Virus record (IMG/VR): IMGVR_UViG_3300023223_000105
Coordinates: 1-37,256 of that record
Direction: 5' to 3' (one strand)
Source: a virus
Length of the DNA stretch: 37,256 nt
The notes beneath the pieces are model-generated. The model ran no database searches and was not told the origin of the DNA. It worked only from the letters and a program-made list of their open reading frames with translations. Each line of letters opens with the position of its first letter. Positions within the stretch are counted from its first letter, which is position 1. Positions 15,664-24,460 of this stretch are shown one piece after another. A program made the translations under genes and the position numbers.

Positions 15664-16730
15664 TATTCAAACCCCAAGAATTTAATTCCACCACCAGGTG
15701 CGGAAGATTGTTGCGGGATCTCACGCAGCGTTATACCTTTGGCTTTCGCTTGTGCGGCTGCGCGCCTCTTGCCGGTATCTATTATACCCCTAAGATCACC
15801 TACAGCAGTTTTAAATTCCTTCTCACTTTGGCTTAAACTCATTCTCGAAATAGCACTTTCTGCTTTTCTTCCTTCTGCCTCGGTTATAGTACCGCCGCCT
15901 TTTAACCTGTTAAATCCTTGCAAGAACGTCTCACTTTTAATTTGATTAAATCTTGCTTGGAAATCGGCTGCGTCAGACCCTTGTGCAAATTCAGGCTGCC
16001 CTAAATCATCAGTTCTAAATGGAATCAACTTTTGCGCTCCGAAACCAACAGCAGCATTAAGCCCAGGGTGTGCTAATAAATCATCTATCAAATTAATACT
16101 AGTTTCAGCCGCTGCGTCTTTTTCAGTAAATGTAAACTCCTGGTCAATCTTCTTCTGCTCTTTAACAGCCTGCGCCTGAGTGACCTTCTGAGTTGCTGCA
16201 TCTTCTGATAACCTAATTCTGCGCTCATCAAGGCCAGCTTTCCTTGTTCGTTCGGTTTGCGCTATGGCATCCTGCGTAACTTGACGATCTCTATTGAACA
16301 AGTTTAATTCTTGCTTGGCCTCTAGCCCTTGTCGTTTCAATACAAGCTCTTCTTCAGCCCTTACATTCTCAATCTCCCGCTGCTGCGCCGCCGCTTCTGC
16401 TGCTGCTGCCTTTTCTTCTTTTGCAACTCGCCTTTCTTCTCCAGCACGTTCCCGCTCTTTCCCTAATTCTCTAGCCCCTAAGAATCCAGCTATACCACGT
16501 ATAATAGGATTGCCGAGCCTGTCTTGACTCACACCAAGTAACTCACTTGCCAATGATGCACCTTGTGGTGTTGCAAACTCCCTTTGTGGAGCTTGCTGTT
16601 GTTGTAACGCTTGTGCTATAGCTGCCTGATCAGGCCTTAATTGAGGTTGAGGAACAACACCAGTAGTAGGGGCTACTTGCGCTCTTTGACCTTGGAACAA
16701 TGCTTGTGCTATCTCTGTAGGGCTAACCAT
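15663..16730 (-). CDS. Internal virion protein, 355 aa.
   Basis: Gln/Ala-rich coiled-coil composition. 1-nt overlap with the downstream gene. Confidence 0.55.
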   Translation of the reverse strand: MVSPTEIAQALFQGQRAQVAPTTGVVPQPQLRPDQAAIAQALQQQQAPQREFATPQGASLASELLGVSQDRLGNPIIRGIAGFLGARELGKERERAGEERRVAKEEKAAAAEAAAQQREIENVRAEEELVLKRQGLEAKQELNLFNRDRQVTQDAIAQTERTRKAGLDERRIRLSEDAATQKVTQAQAVKEQKKIDQEFTFTEKDAAAETSINLIDDLLAHPGLNAAVGFGAQKLIPFRTDDLGQPEFAQGSDAADFQARFNQIKSETFLQGFNRLKGGGTITEAEGRKAESAISRMSLSQSEKEFKTAVGDLRGIIDTGKRRAAAQAKAKGITLREIPQQSSAPGGGIKFLGFE

Positions 16731-16733
16731 GTC

Positions 16734-17639
16734 TTACCCCCTTCCTGGGAATTGAAATCCAGATGCAGCACCAAGTAATGTTCCCGCGCCACCCAAGACA
16801 CTTCCAAATGCACTAGTTTGTTGCGAACGTGCCTTATTTTGCGCTTCTACACTTGAGAGTTGATTCTGGAAGCCTTGATTAATAATACCCGCAGCGTCAA
16901 CACCAGGTGCGCTAATCTGAGTAAACGGCGTTGCAAAACCACCAATAGAGCCAACTTCACCAAATTGCTGCGCTCTTATTTGTCGCTCTAGTGCAGATAG
17001 TCCTGTTTGTTCACCGAATTGTTGCGCCCTGAGTCCAGAAGCAAGAGCCTGTAGTCTTGATTGCTCCTGCCTTCCTGCTGAAACCGCATCCAATGAAAGC
17101 CTTGTTAATTGCTCGCCTTGGCCTTCTGTTAAATCACCTAGCGCAGTCCTGAACGCTTCGCCACCCCTCGGTAGCCCTTGATCCACCAGGCGTTGTTCCA
17201 ACCTTTCTCTTTCCTGTTCAAAACGAGGCTCTAGCAATGCCTTGCCACGCTCAAATGTAGCCTGTTCAAGTTGTTCCCCTTGAGCCTCTAAATCAGTTAT
17301 CTGTGGGGTTAAACCTTCCTGGATACTTTGTGCGCTTATGCTAAAAGGATCAAGTTGACCTGAGAATTGAGGTAAAAAGCCCAAGGCCAATTCCTCTGCG
17401 CCACCACGTAATTGACGTTGAAAGTCCGTTTCCTCTACCTGTAAAGCTCTGGGGGCATTTACATCAAATGGCTGGCCTGGTCGATCTGGATCAAACCCAC
17501 CGCCCTCACCGAGCGTTCCGAAGCGTAAATTACCCGTCGGTGTAAATTGTGTGATTTGTTGCTGCCTAGCTTGCGCCGCGATCGTTTCCGCCGGATCGGG
17601 TGCTGCTGGTGGTGCAGCTATTTGTGTACTTCCTACCAC
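16734..17639 (-). CDS. Internal virion protein, 301 aa (GTG start).
   Basis: AGGAGG lies 5 nt upstream of the GTG at 17639. Gln/Gly/Ala/Leu-rich. Confidence 0.55.
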   Translation of the reverse strand: MVGSTQIAAPPAAPDPAETIAAQARQQQITQFTPTGNLRFGTLGEGGGFDPDRPGQPFDVNAPRALQVEETDFQRQLRGGAEELALGFLPQFSGQLDPFSISAQSIQEGLTPQITDLEAQGEQLEQATFERGKALLEPRFEQERERLEQRLVDQGLPRGGEAFRTALGDLTEGQGEQLTRLSLDAVSAGRQEQSRLQALASGLRAQQFGEQTGLSALERQIRAQQFGEVGSIGGFATPFTQISAPGVDAAGIINQGFQNQLSSVEAQNKARSQQTSAFGSVLGGAGTLLGAASGFQFPGRG

Positions 17640-17738
17640 TCAAACCTCCTAAATAACAGACTAACCTTTCAGTTAACCTTGCTTATTCAGAAGAAATAAG
17701 GGGTTATCTAATAATTTAATGTTTTTTATCGTAAATGT

Positions 17739-18164
17739 CTAGTGTTGTTTTTCCCACTTCTTTTGATACTCTTCTCTTAATATACTGAATATCAACTTAT
17801 CATTACTCTTGTCTGACCTACGAATCCTACCTTCTTCAGTAAACCCCGAAATCTTAGCCAACCTAATTGCCTTTTTATTCTGTGGTGAAATGATTGCCGT
17901 TAGTCTTTCGTTCCTCTCGTAAGAGGAGAAGAACCCCTCTAAAGATGCACGTATCATATTTCTGGTACACTGCCCGGAAGAACGCAACACTGTTATTTCC
18001 GCCTGAAATGCGTGATACATCTCACCATCACATTCACGATAAGAATGAATAGCCCAGATGAAGTCATTTATCCTATAACAATGCCAATCTCTAAAGTCTA
18101 CCACACCCCCAAAATATTCATTTAACTCGTTACCATATCCGATATTGTCTTTAAAAACATCCAT
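17739..18164 (-). CDS. GNAT-family N-acetyltransferase, 141 aa.
   Basis: VLRSSGQCTRNMIRASLEGFF (R..G.. acetyl-CoA motif region) and SPQNKKAIRLAKISGFTEEGRIR (the N..A..L..K.GF..EG motif of RimJ/RimL-like GNATs). Confidence 0.7.
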   Translation of the reverse strand: MDVFKDNIGYGNELNEYFGGVVDFRDWHCYRINDFIWAIHSYRECDGEMYHAFQAEITVLRSSGQCTRNMIRASLEGFFSSYERNERLTAIISPQNKKAIRLAKISGFTEEGRIRRSDKSNDKLIFSILREEYQKKWEKQH

Positions 18165-18165
18165 A

Positions 18166-19719
18166 TCAAAACGTATTGCTTACTGTAAAGTTGTACAACT
18201 GGTTGTACAAAAAGACTTCTTGTCCTGATACATCAATACTTACAAGTGGCGAAACTGTTACACCCTCACCCCCGGTACCGAAATTCACCAACCTTGAAAT
18301 ATTAGTACCCGCCCACTCAGCGGTGTCCCATGAAGCATCATCCCAAGTTGCGCCGCTCACTTGGCTCTGGGAAGTGGCAGGAAAAGATGGAGTACCGTAG
18401 TCAAAAGCAAAGCTAACACCTATATTTAGCGTTCCTTCTGATCGTACAAATAGCTTATATCCTGTAAAATTCTTTTTATGACCATCCTGGAAGTCATTAA
18501 ATGCCTGTTGCTCTCTTAATTGAATATCCGACCCATTATCGTCTAAGCCACTGTCTGCCTGGAATATATTAACTGATTGCCCGAAATACAACCTATTGTT
18601 AAATACAGCAAACACTTGAGCATCCCAACCTATGAATTTAGTGGCCGCCCCTGTTGTAGTAGAAACTACCCATTGGTGGTAAGTTGAATTGGTTGTTTCT
18701 GGAATATTAATCAGAATCCAGCCGGCAGACCCATACAACTGTATTTCAAAACCATAGTTTGTACCGAACACTGCGAAATCATCTTGTATACCACCTGACA
18801 TCTTTGAAGGATTAAGATTGAAGCCCTGGCCACCCTCCTGGCCACCACCGGACTTAATAACATTTCCAACGGACAACACATCATTTCTGGTTATGACAAC
18901 TATATCGCCGGCAAAGCGGGCTGCTGAACGTATTGATACTGGAGGTGACATAAAGTACTTACCTATCAGTGACCAGTTCGTTGCGTCACCAGGATTGCTC
19001 CCCTGATACATAATAACCTCACCAGTGGTTAATATGAATACTGCAAAATCATCCATACCATCGCCAGCATCACGTGACAGGGTTTCCATAATTAATAAAT
19101 TACCACCTGACGTTGCTACAGTTCCTAATTGGAACTTGGTAAAGTCTCCAGACACCGCGCTTGTATCTCCATAATAGAAATCGCTGGTATCGCTATCCCA
19201 CATGTAGATGCGATCTTTAAAACTATGCGCACCATCCATCGTCTCTTCACCTGTTGTTGCTAAATCTCCGGTAAAGGTAGGCGTTGTAACTGTAGTGCCG
19301 TCGAAATTGAGGGGGGCATCAACACCATTAACGAATAGCATATTCTGTCCCAATTGTGCAGATTGCCACCTGGCATTGGTAAGGCTCGTCTGTATTGATG
19401 TTCCTGCCCCGCCACCGGTTCCTGTTTTATACATAACTGTACCAGCGAATGATATTAACTGCTGTACAGCGGCATATTCATATGGAATCAACGTCTCAAC
19501 ATCGCCAGTAGCAACGGTACCGAATGTAGTATAACCACTTCTGGATCGCACTCCATTGGACTCAGGTATCCAATTCTCCATTGTGATGGCATCCCTTATG
19601 TCCATATCTGAACGGGAATCACGTGTATTTACCCCGCCCGTGGGTGCGGGCACAGCAATCTGATTCGCTTTGGGAGTGAAGGCTATTTGCTGTTTCTGTC
19701 TGCGCGGTATAATAGGCAT
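18166..19719 (-). CDS. Tail tubular / nozzle-like protein, 517 aa (function tentative).
   Basis: Large beta-rich protein directly downstream of the adaptor-like gene. Position-based call. Confidence 0.5.
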   Translation of the reverse strand: MPIIPRRQKQQIAFTPKANQIAVPAPTGGVNTRDSRSDMDIRDAITMENWIPESNGVRSRSGYTTFGTVATGDVETLIPYEYAAVQQLISFAGTVMYKTGTGGGAGTSIQTSLTNARWQSAQLGQNMLFVNGVDAPLNFDGTTVTTPTFTGDLATTGEETMDGAHSFKDRIYMWDSDTSDFYYGDTSAVSGDFTKFQLGTVATSGGNLLIMETLSRDAGDGMDDFAVFILTTGEVIMYQGSNPGDATNWSLIGKYFMSPPVSIRSAARFAGDIVVITRNDVLSVGNVIKSGGGQEGGQGFNLNPSKMSGGIQDDFAVFGTNYGFEIQLYGSAGWILINIPETTNSTYHQWVVSTTTGAATKFIGWDAQVFAVFNNRLYFGQSVNIFQADSGLDDNGSDIQLREQQAFNDFQDGHKKNFTGYKLFVRSEGTLNIGVSFAFDYGTPSFPATSQSQVSGATWDDASWDTAEWAGTNISRLVNFGTGGEGVTVSPLVSIDVSGQEVFLYNQLYNFTVSNTF

Positions 19720-20423
19720 TATGAACCAAATCCCGTTTGGGGTATATTAATGACGAAGTTGTTTAAAGATCGAGCACCTAACGTTTCCAAAGGCATTTCA
19801 CCACCGATTAGCCTCTCTCTTTCTCTCTCAAAAGCATCCATGTCAGAAGCCCACGGTAATCCCTTCTTCTGTAGAATTTTCATTGTCAGACCCAGCTCCA
19901 GCAAATGTTCAGGATACAAAGCGGTATCGGTATCAACCGTAAACGCAGCTTTAGCAGTTCCACCGGTAGATTCCACCCAGAAGTTAGATAGATATTCAAA
20001 TGCAAGAGTGTCTCCACTGGCATCTGGTGACATGATTAAATCCTTTCCTCTTGTCCTCGCGAATCTCTGGACACCAGCACTTGAGATAACTCCGCTTACT
20101 AATGTCTGCCATTGCCTTGCGTTGAGGATTTCTACACGGGTTGTGTTTGATCTATCCCACATAGTATCAGACGTGAAATGTTCAAAGTCACCATCTGTAA
20201 CAATATCAGTCCCAATTATATACGAGCCCGTACCATCAGTAACAAAGGTATCTTCTTTAGTGAGTTCACGCCAGTTATGCAGCCCCAACAGCTCCAAGCC
20301 CACCTTTGTCAGCAGGGGCAGGGCTTGCTTTGTGAACGGATCTGCGTTTCCGATTACCGTTGACGGCTCTTGAGCTAGCTGTGTCTCGTTCGCTACATTC
20401 TGGATCATTGTTAGTAAGGTCAC
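19719..20423 (-). CDS. Head-tail adaptor / tail tubular A-like protein, 234 aa (function tentative).
   Basis: The GTG at 20423 lies 7 nt after AAGGAG. Position-based call. Confidence 0.45.
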   Translation of the reverse strand: MTLLTMIQNVANETQLAQEPSTVIGNADPFTKQALPLLTKVGLELLGLHNWRELTKEDTFVTDGTGSYIIGTDIVTDGDFEHFTSDTMWDRSNTTRVEILNARQWQTLVSGVISSAGVQRFARTRGKDLIMSPDASGDTLAFEYLSNFWVESTGGTAKAAFTVDTDTALYPEHLLELGLTMKILQKKGLPWASDMDAFERERERLIGGEMPLETLGARSLNNFVINIPQTGFGS

Positions 20424-20919
20424 GAATCCTCTCCTTTAGTTCTTGGTTTTCATCCTGAAGTTTCTTATTCTCAATCTTAATATCGTCAACCTCTTTCTGC
20501 ATTTCTGCAGCAGCATTTGATCCCTGTAAATACTTCTTGGCATCAAGTATAAATTCTCTTGCTTTATCCCCTAGATTTCTTACACCCTCTTCATCAACAT
20601 TTACTAATTGCTCTATTGTGAAGATATGAAGACCTTTGCATAATTCTATTTTACGTTCATCAATTCCTGGTAAAACCTCTAGTCTCGTTCCCTCTTGGAT
20701 TTGCTCTTCCTTCTTCTTCCAAGCATCGTATATTTTACCCCATCTTTCGATATCAAGAGGCTTAACTTTGCGATCCGTTATGTCCTTACTATTACCCGGC
20801 TTCATGATGCTTATAAATTCGCACGTCTTGAAGATTGGCTTGCCTTGTTTCTTGCTTTCAAAGTTCTGCTTTATATCTCTGTAGTAGAATTTTACTGGGA
20901 CATTCCTGTAATCGCTCAT
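20275..20919 (-). CDS. Hypothetical virion-module protein, 214 aa; its last 149 nt overlap the next gene out of frame.
   Basis: Track ORF with AAGGAGATGG SD region upstream. Coiled-coil C-terminal part (KIENKKLQDENQELKERIRDL). Confidence 0.6.
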   Translation of the reverse strand: MSDYRNVPVKFYYRDIKQNFESKKQGKPIFKTCEFISIMKPGNSKDITDRKVKPLDIERWGKIYDAWKKKEEQIQEGTRLEVLPGIDERKIELCKGLHIFTIEQLVNVDEEGVRNLGDKAREFILDAKKYLQGSNAAAEMQKEVDDIKIENKKLQDENQELKERIRDLTNNDPECSERDTASSRAVNGNRKRRSVHKASPAPADKGGLGAVGAA

Positions 20920-20940
20920 ACCATCTCCTTAAATTAAATT

Positions 20941-20998
20941 GGTAGGACTTTGGTAGGAAGATTTCTTCATACTAAAATCTTCCTACCAAAGTCCTACC
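20941..20998 (-). terminator. 24-bp perfect hairpin downstream of the capsid/decoration genes (probable attenuating terminator or RNA-stabilising stem).
   Basis: ggtaggactttggtaggaagattt (20941-20964), a 10-nt loop, then aaatcttcctaccaaagtcctacc (20975-20998). On the transcribed strand it is followed by AATTTAATTT. Confidence 0.55.
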
Positions 20999-21059
20999 AC
21001 CTAAATATCCTTGTATTGCTAGTGTTGAGGGGCAGCAAATAAGCCACCCCCCAGTGTCG

Positions 21060-21527
21060 TTAATGTACAAAGTCGCACATTATGATAAATGCAGACGCAT
21101 CCATAGCTCTTGCGCAAATATCAGTATTTGCAGCAGTAGCCACGTTAACATCCAGAGTACCATCACCAGCACCAGTCGGTGTTAGCGCATTACCGTCAAC
21201 ACCCGCAGTCAGAGCAATAGAAAGGGTCGCAAGACCACTTACTTGTATCCAACCAAAAGCACCGTCAGTTAATGCAGCTTGCAATACACCGGCACCTACT
21301 TCATCACTATCTGACAAGTCAGAAGTAACGATAGTACCAGTGGCATCACCAACGGCAACAGTTGCATAGTAAGCAACCTCACCAGCAACACCAGCAACAG
21401 CAGCAGCTCCGTTTTCGTACTGAATGTACTTATAAACCTTGCCATTACTGTCTTGACCTATTTCGCCCAACGTAAATAGGGCGGTAGTATCTATCCTATC
21501 GAGCTCCATACCCATAATATAAGACAT
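21060..21527 (-). CDS. Head decoration protein-like (DUF2190-like), 155 aa.
   Basis: Ala/Gly/Val/Thr-rich small protein immediately after the major capsid gene. AGGAGAAAG SD. Confidence 0.5.
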   Translation of the reverse strand: MSYIMGMELDRIDTTALFTLGEIGQDSNGKVYKYIQYENGAAAVAGVAGEVAYYATVAVGDATGTIVTSDLSDSDEVGAGVLQAALTDGAFGWIQVSGLATLSIALTAGVDGNALTPTGAGDGTLDVNVATAANTDICARAMDASAFIIMCDFVH

Positions 21528-21547
21528 AAACTTTCTCCTATTTAACG

Positions 21548-22519
21548 TTAGTCAGTTAAGACACCTTGACGCTCTCTATTAGAACATGTCAAGTTGCCCA
21601 TGAAAATAACCGGAACCAGAGTAGCATCCTGATTGAACGACTCTTTACCGCCTTTAGGAGTAAAGTGTGCATCCTCGTGAACATCCAAAGATAGGAATTC
21701 AGTGTTCAGGAAATACATATGGTCGGTTGGTATACCAGAACCGTCATCCAGGATAACAGGTGCGCTTGCATACATAAGCTCAACAAAGCCACCATCAGCA
21801 CCGCCTTTGGCGTTGTCGTTAGTGAAGCGTTGTTGTGATTGCAATGCATCCTGATAGAACCCGAAGTAATTCAGGTCTGCTGGGATTAGGTCTGGCTTAT
21901 CAGTACCACGTATAACCGTATTATAAACAGTGTTCATATATCCGATTATATTGGTAGCTGATGCAGCAGCACCACCATCTGTAGTAGCGTCAAAGCTGAA
22001 GTTTCTCCAGAAGGCGAAGTTTGCAGCGTTGATTCCACCAACAGTACCAGTAGCAGGAGAGTCAGCCACAATTGCTTGTAGGCCGTCAATCTGTTTTCCA
22101 CTTGTACCCGTACCATCAGAATAAACACCGTCTGAGATGTTATTCGCCATAGTACGCATGGCGTTTTTAATACGGCTTTCCAAAAGGTCAAGGACAGCAG
22201 CTTCGCCACTATTCTGTCTTTCTTCAAGGCCGTTAATTAGTACAGAAACACTAGCTTGTCTCCAGCTGTACTCAGCTGCGCTAAGTACATCAGAAGCATC
22301 AGTGTTAAGCACTTCGTATCCGCTATAGTATTGGAAAGTGCTGTTTTCAGCATAATCCAACTCTCTAACGATAGTCCGACCACCACTTAGAATACGGATG
22401 TTGCCACGCTCATTAAGCTTGCGCAAAAGCGCATTCTTTTCAGTAACGTTATCAGCAAACATCTGCGCTCTATCTCGCAGGGTGGTGGTTATGATTTCAC
22501 TCAGATTCGGTGAAGCCAT
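21548..22519 (-). CDS. Major capsid protein, 323 aa.
   Basis: ITTTLRDRAQMFADNVTEKNALLRKL ... YSGYEVL ... DGTGTSGKQIDGL is a pattern typical of phage major capsid proteins. It follows the scaffold gene. ATG 22519 lies 5 nt after GGAGG (track start 22531). Confidence 0.8.
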   Translation of the reverse strand: MASPNLSEIITTTLRDRAQMFADNVTEKNALLRKLNERGNIRILSGGRTIVRELDYAENSTFQYYSGYEVLNTDASDVLSAAEYSWRQASVSVLINGLEERQNSGEAAVLDLLESRIKNAMRTMANNISDGVYSDGTGTSGKQIDGLQAIVADSPATGTVGGINAANFAFWRNFSFDATTDGGAAASATNIIGYMNTVYNTVIRGTDKPDLIPADLNYFGFYQDALQSQQRFTNDNAKGGADGGFVELMYASAPVILDDGSGIPTDHMYFLNTEFLSLDVHEDAHFTPKGGKESFNQDATLVPVIFMGNLTCSNRERQGVLTD

Positions 22520-22566
22520 GATAACCTCCATTATAACATGTTAAAGATACACGTTACGCATTTAGG

Positions 22567-23646
22567 CTACTGTTGTGCTCGCATATTTCTTTGCAGCGTC
22601 TCTCTCATACTAAGCCCCACATGGGAGTTGTTAGTTGTTCCTGAGCGAGTCTTGACTGTCTTGCCAGCTCTCTTTGCTTTTGCCGCTTCTTCCCTGGCTT
22701 TCTTCAGGGCAGCCTTGGTATCTTCTGGGCTTGTAACAACCTCTAAGGCTTTAGCACGAACAGTAGGGCTTTTCTCGTAAGCCTCCTGCATAGTACGAGC
22801 CTTTCCAGTTTGCATCAGTATACCCATTTCGTCACGAACCTCACCATAAAGAGGGTGTGTCAGATTACCTTTACCATCCAATTCACCCTTAAATGCAACA
22901 AGCTCATCTTGAACAGACTGATTTTTCTGTTGGACGTTCGCATTTTCAAAGCTATCTAAACGACTTCGCAAATCATCAATAGTAGTTTCTAATTTTGTAA
23001 CTTTCGGATCATTCTCACCATGAAAAGAATCCTCATCTTCCGATTGCTCCGTTTTAATACCGAGGTCGGTTGCGGACACTTTATAAGCGCCCATTAATTC
23101 CTTGATTACCGCTGTAGGATTTTGCTGCAGCCTGTGCACATCTTTTAGGATTGTTCCTATCCATTGCTGCCGCTCCATCCCTGCCGCTGTTAATTGCGGC
23201 TGATACGGGTCAAGTAATGTATTCCATTCTTCGGTGCCTTTCTTGGCATCGGAGGCTTCTCTAGCTTTCTCATTAAAAGCCTTGAGTAGCCCTTCGTTCC
23301 TAGTTAATACCACATCTTTCATTGCTTTTAAAGATATTGCGGTACCGTCCTGTGTTATTATCTCATCCGGTATATCCTCAAATGCCTTGCGCTCTTCCTC
23401 GTTCCAGTTATTAGGAACGTCCGCGACCTCTTCGGACTTTACCTCTTCCTTAGTCTCTACCTTTTCGGTGACTTCCTCTGAGACTTCCTTGCTGCCCTCC
23501 TCGCCGCCTTCCTCGGTGACCTCTTCTGATCCTGTGACATCTTCAGTTACCTCCTGTGATTGTGCATCCAATTGTTTAGATAATTCTTCTCTTAAAGACA
23601 AGGGCTGTTCAGCTTGCGTGTCCTCTTGGTTTGAATCTTCACTCAT
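22567..23646 (-). CDS. Scaffolding protein, 359 aa.
   Basis: Very acidic N-terminus, long helical/coiled regions and a basic C-terminus. Located between the portal and capsid genes. Confidence 0.65.
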   Translation of the reverse strand: MSEDSNQEDTQAEQPLSLREELSKQLDAQSQEVTEDVTGSEEVTEEGGEEGSKEVSEEVTEKVETKEEVKSEEVADVPNNWNEEERKAFEDIPDEIITQDGTAISLKAMKDVVLTRNEGLLKAFNEKAREASDAKKGTEEWNTLLDPYQPQLTAAGMERQQWIGTILKDVHRLQQNPTAVIKELMGAYKVSATDLGIKTEQSEDEDSFHGENDPKVTKLETTIDDLRSRLDSFENANVQQKNQSVQDELVAFKGELDGKGNLTHPLYGEVRDEMGILMQTGKARTMQEAYEKSPTVRAKALEVVTSPEDTKAALKKAREEAAKAKRAGKTVKTRSGTTNNSHVGLSMRETLQRNMRAQQ

Positions 23647-23873
23647 AATTTAGTCCTTATTGCTAGTGTTATCATTTCGGAAACATATTCGCGAGTCAAT
23701 CTTGATAGGGCTTTCATGGCCGGTTCAATTTGCATATTAGGCTGCTGATAATCATCCTCAAACGTGCTTAGATATTTTTTCTTATACCAAGCATCAAAAT
23801 CATCTTGCAAGCCTACTGGCTCCCAAGCACCAACCACTTCCTGTTCTGTTCCATTCTTCATATTTATTGCCAT
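23643..23873 (-). CDS. Hypothetical head-module protein, 76 aa.
   Basis: Track ORF; ATGA overlap with the scaffold gene. Confidence 0.6.
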   Translation of the reverse strand: MAINMKNGTEQEVVGAWEPVGLQDDFDAWYKKKYLSTFEDDYQQPNMQIEPAMKALSRLTREYVSEMITLAIRTKL

Positions 23874-24187
23874 TGAAAGTTATCAGTTGATCGCATTCCG
23901 TTCTTTTCCGCTTCACGTACCTTCTGACCCATGTCAGATTTTAATTGCCGCTGCTCTTCACGCTTATCGTTTACTACCCCAACATACTCATTACCCACCT
24001 GGATCACGTTATGCGCTCTTTCGTGCGCCCTTAAATCTGCAGCAGATGATATTACCGAACCATCTATAGGGCTTACAAATGACTCACGAACGAAACCCAT
24101 AATAGTTTTACCAGGGGTTATCCCCACCTTAGGAGCCGCATCCCATTCCTCTTTTGTAACAAGCTTGCCGTTTATTCTATATGTCAT
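23864..24187 (-). CDS. Hypothetical head-module protein, 107 aa.
   Basis: Track ORF overlapping its neighbours by 4-10 nt. Confidence 0.6.
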   Translation of the reverse strand: MTYRINGKLVTKEEWDAAPKVGITPGKTIMGFVRESFVSPIDGSVISSAADLRAHERAHNVIQVGNEYVGVVNDKREEQRQLKSDMGQKVREAEKNGMRSTDNFQWQ

Positions 24188-24444
24188 GCCCCATCCTCAT
24201 CAAATTCAATAAATCTACTTGGAACATCTTTAAGTTCGCCAGCTTCAGCCTGCTTGAAGCTACGTTCAATTCCATCTATGGCCTCTTTATTCCCCCACAG
24301 CCACATTTCCCGCCTTGGTATATCTGCTTCAGCCACCACATTAAGCTCTTCATAACCATCATAACGCTTGAAGGTCTCTTCTTTAGCTTTAGTTTTCTTG
24401 GCATGTACGTCGTTTGCCTGTTGTACAATTGTAGGTGCAGCCAT
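24184..24444 (-). CDS. Hypothetical head-module protein, 86 aa.
   Basis: Track ORF 24184..24480. ATG 24444 (MAAPTIVQQ..) lies 8 nt after AAGGA and avoids overlap with the portal gene. Confidence 0.6.
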   Translation of the reverse strand: MAAPTIVQQANDVHAKKTKAKEETFKRYDGYEELNVVAEADIPRREMWLWGNKEAIDGIERSFKQAEAGELKDVPSRFIEFDEDGA

Positions 24445-24460
24445 AGTATTATCCTTTTTA

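Noticed and set aside
13669-17639. Higher GC and low-complexity composition of three consecutive genes as a sign of horizontally acquired foreign DNA.
   Set aside because: The composition is explained by the Ala/Gly/Gln/Arg-rich nature of internal virion (ejection) proteins. The genes are tightly coupled (1-4-nt overlaps or gaps) within the structural operon.
17739-18164. The GNAT as the toxin of a GNAT-RHH (TacT/AtaT-like) toxin-antitoxin pair.
   Set aside because: No small RHH/DUF1778 antitoxin gene is adjacent. The neighbours are large virion proteins, and the protein is shorter than typical GNAT toxins.
19687-20373. Long antisense ORFs opposite structural and early genes: 19687..20373, 11606..12160, 4138..4791, 3324..3842, 23234..23653, 27877..28374, 36203..36661, 32..289, 229..597.
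   Set aside because: They are shadow ORFs. Each lies fully inside or opposite a gene with recognisable motifs or operon context. All have Ser/Leu/Pro/Cys-rich low-information translations and lack SD sequences.
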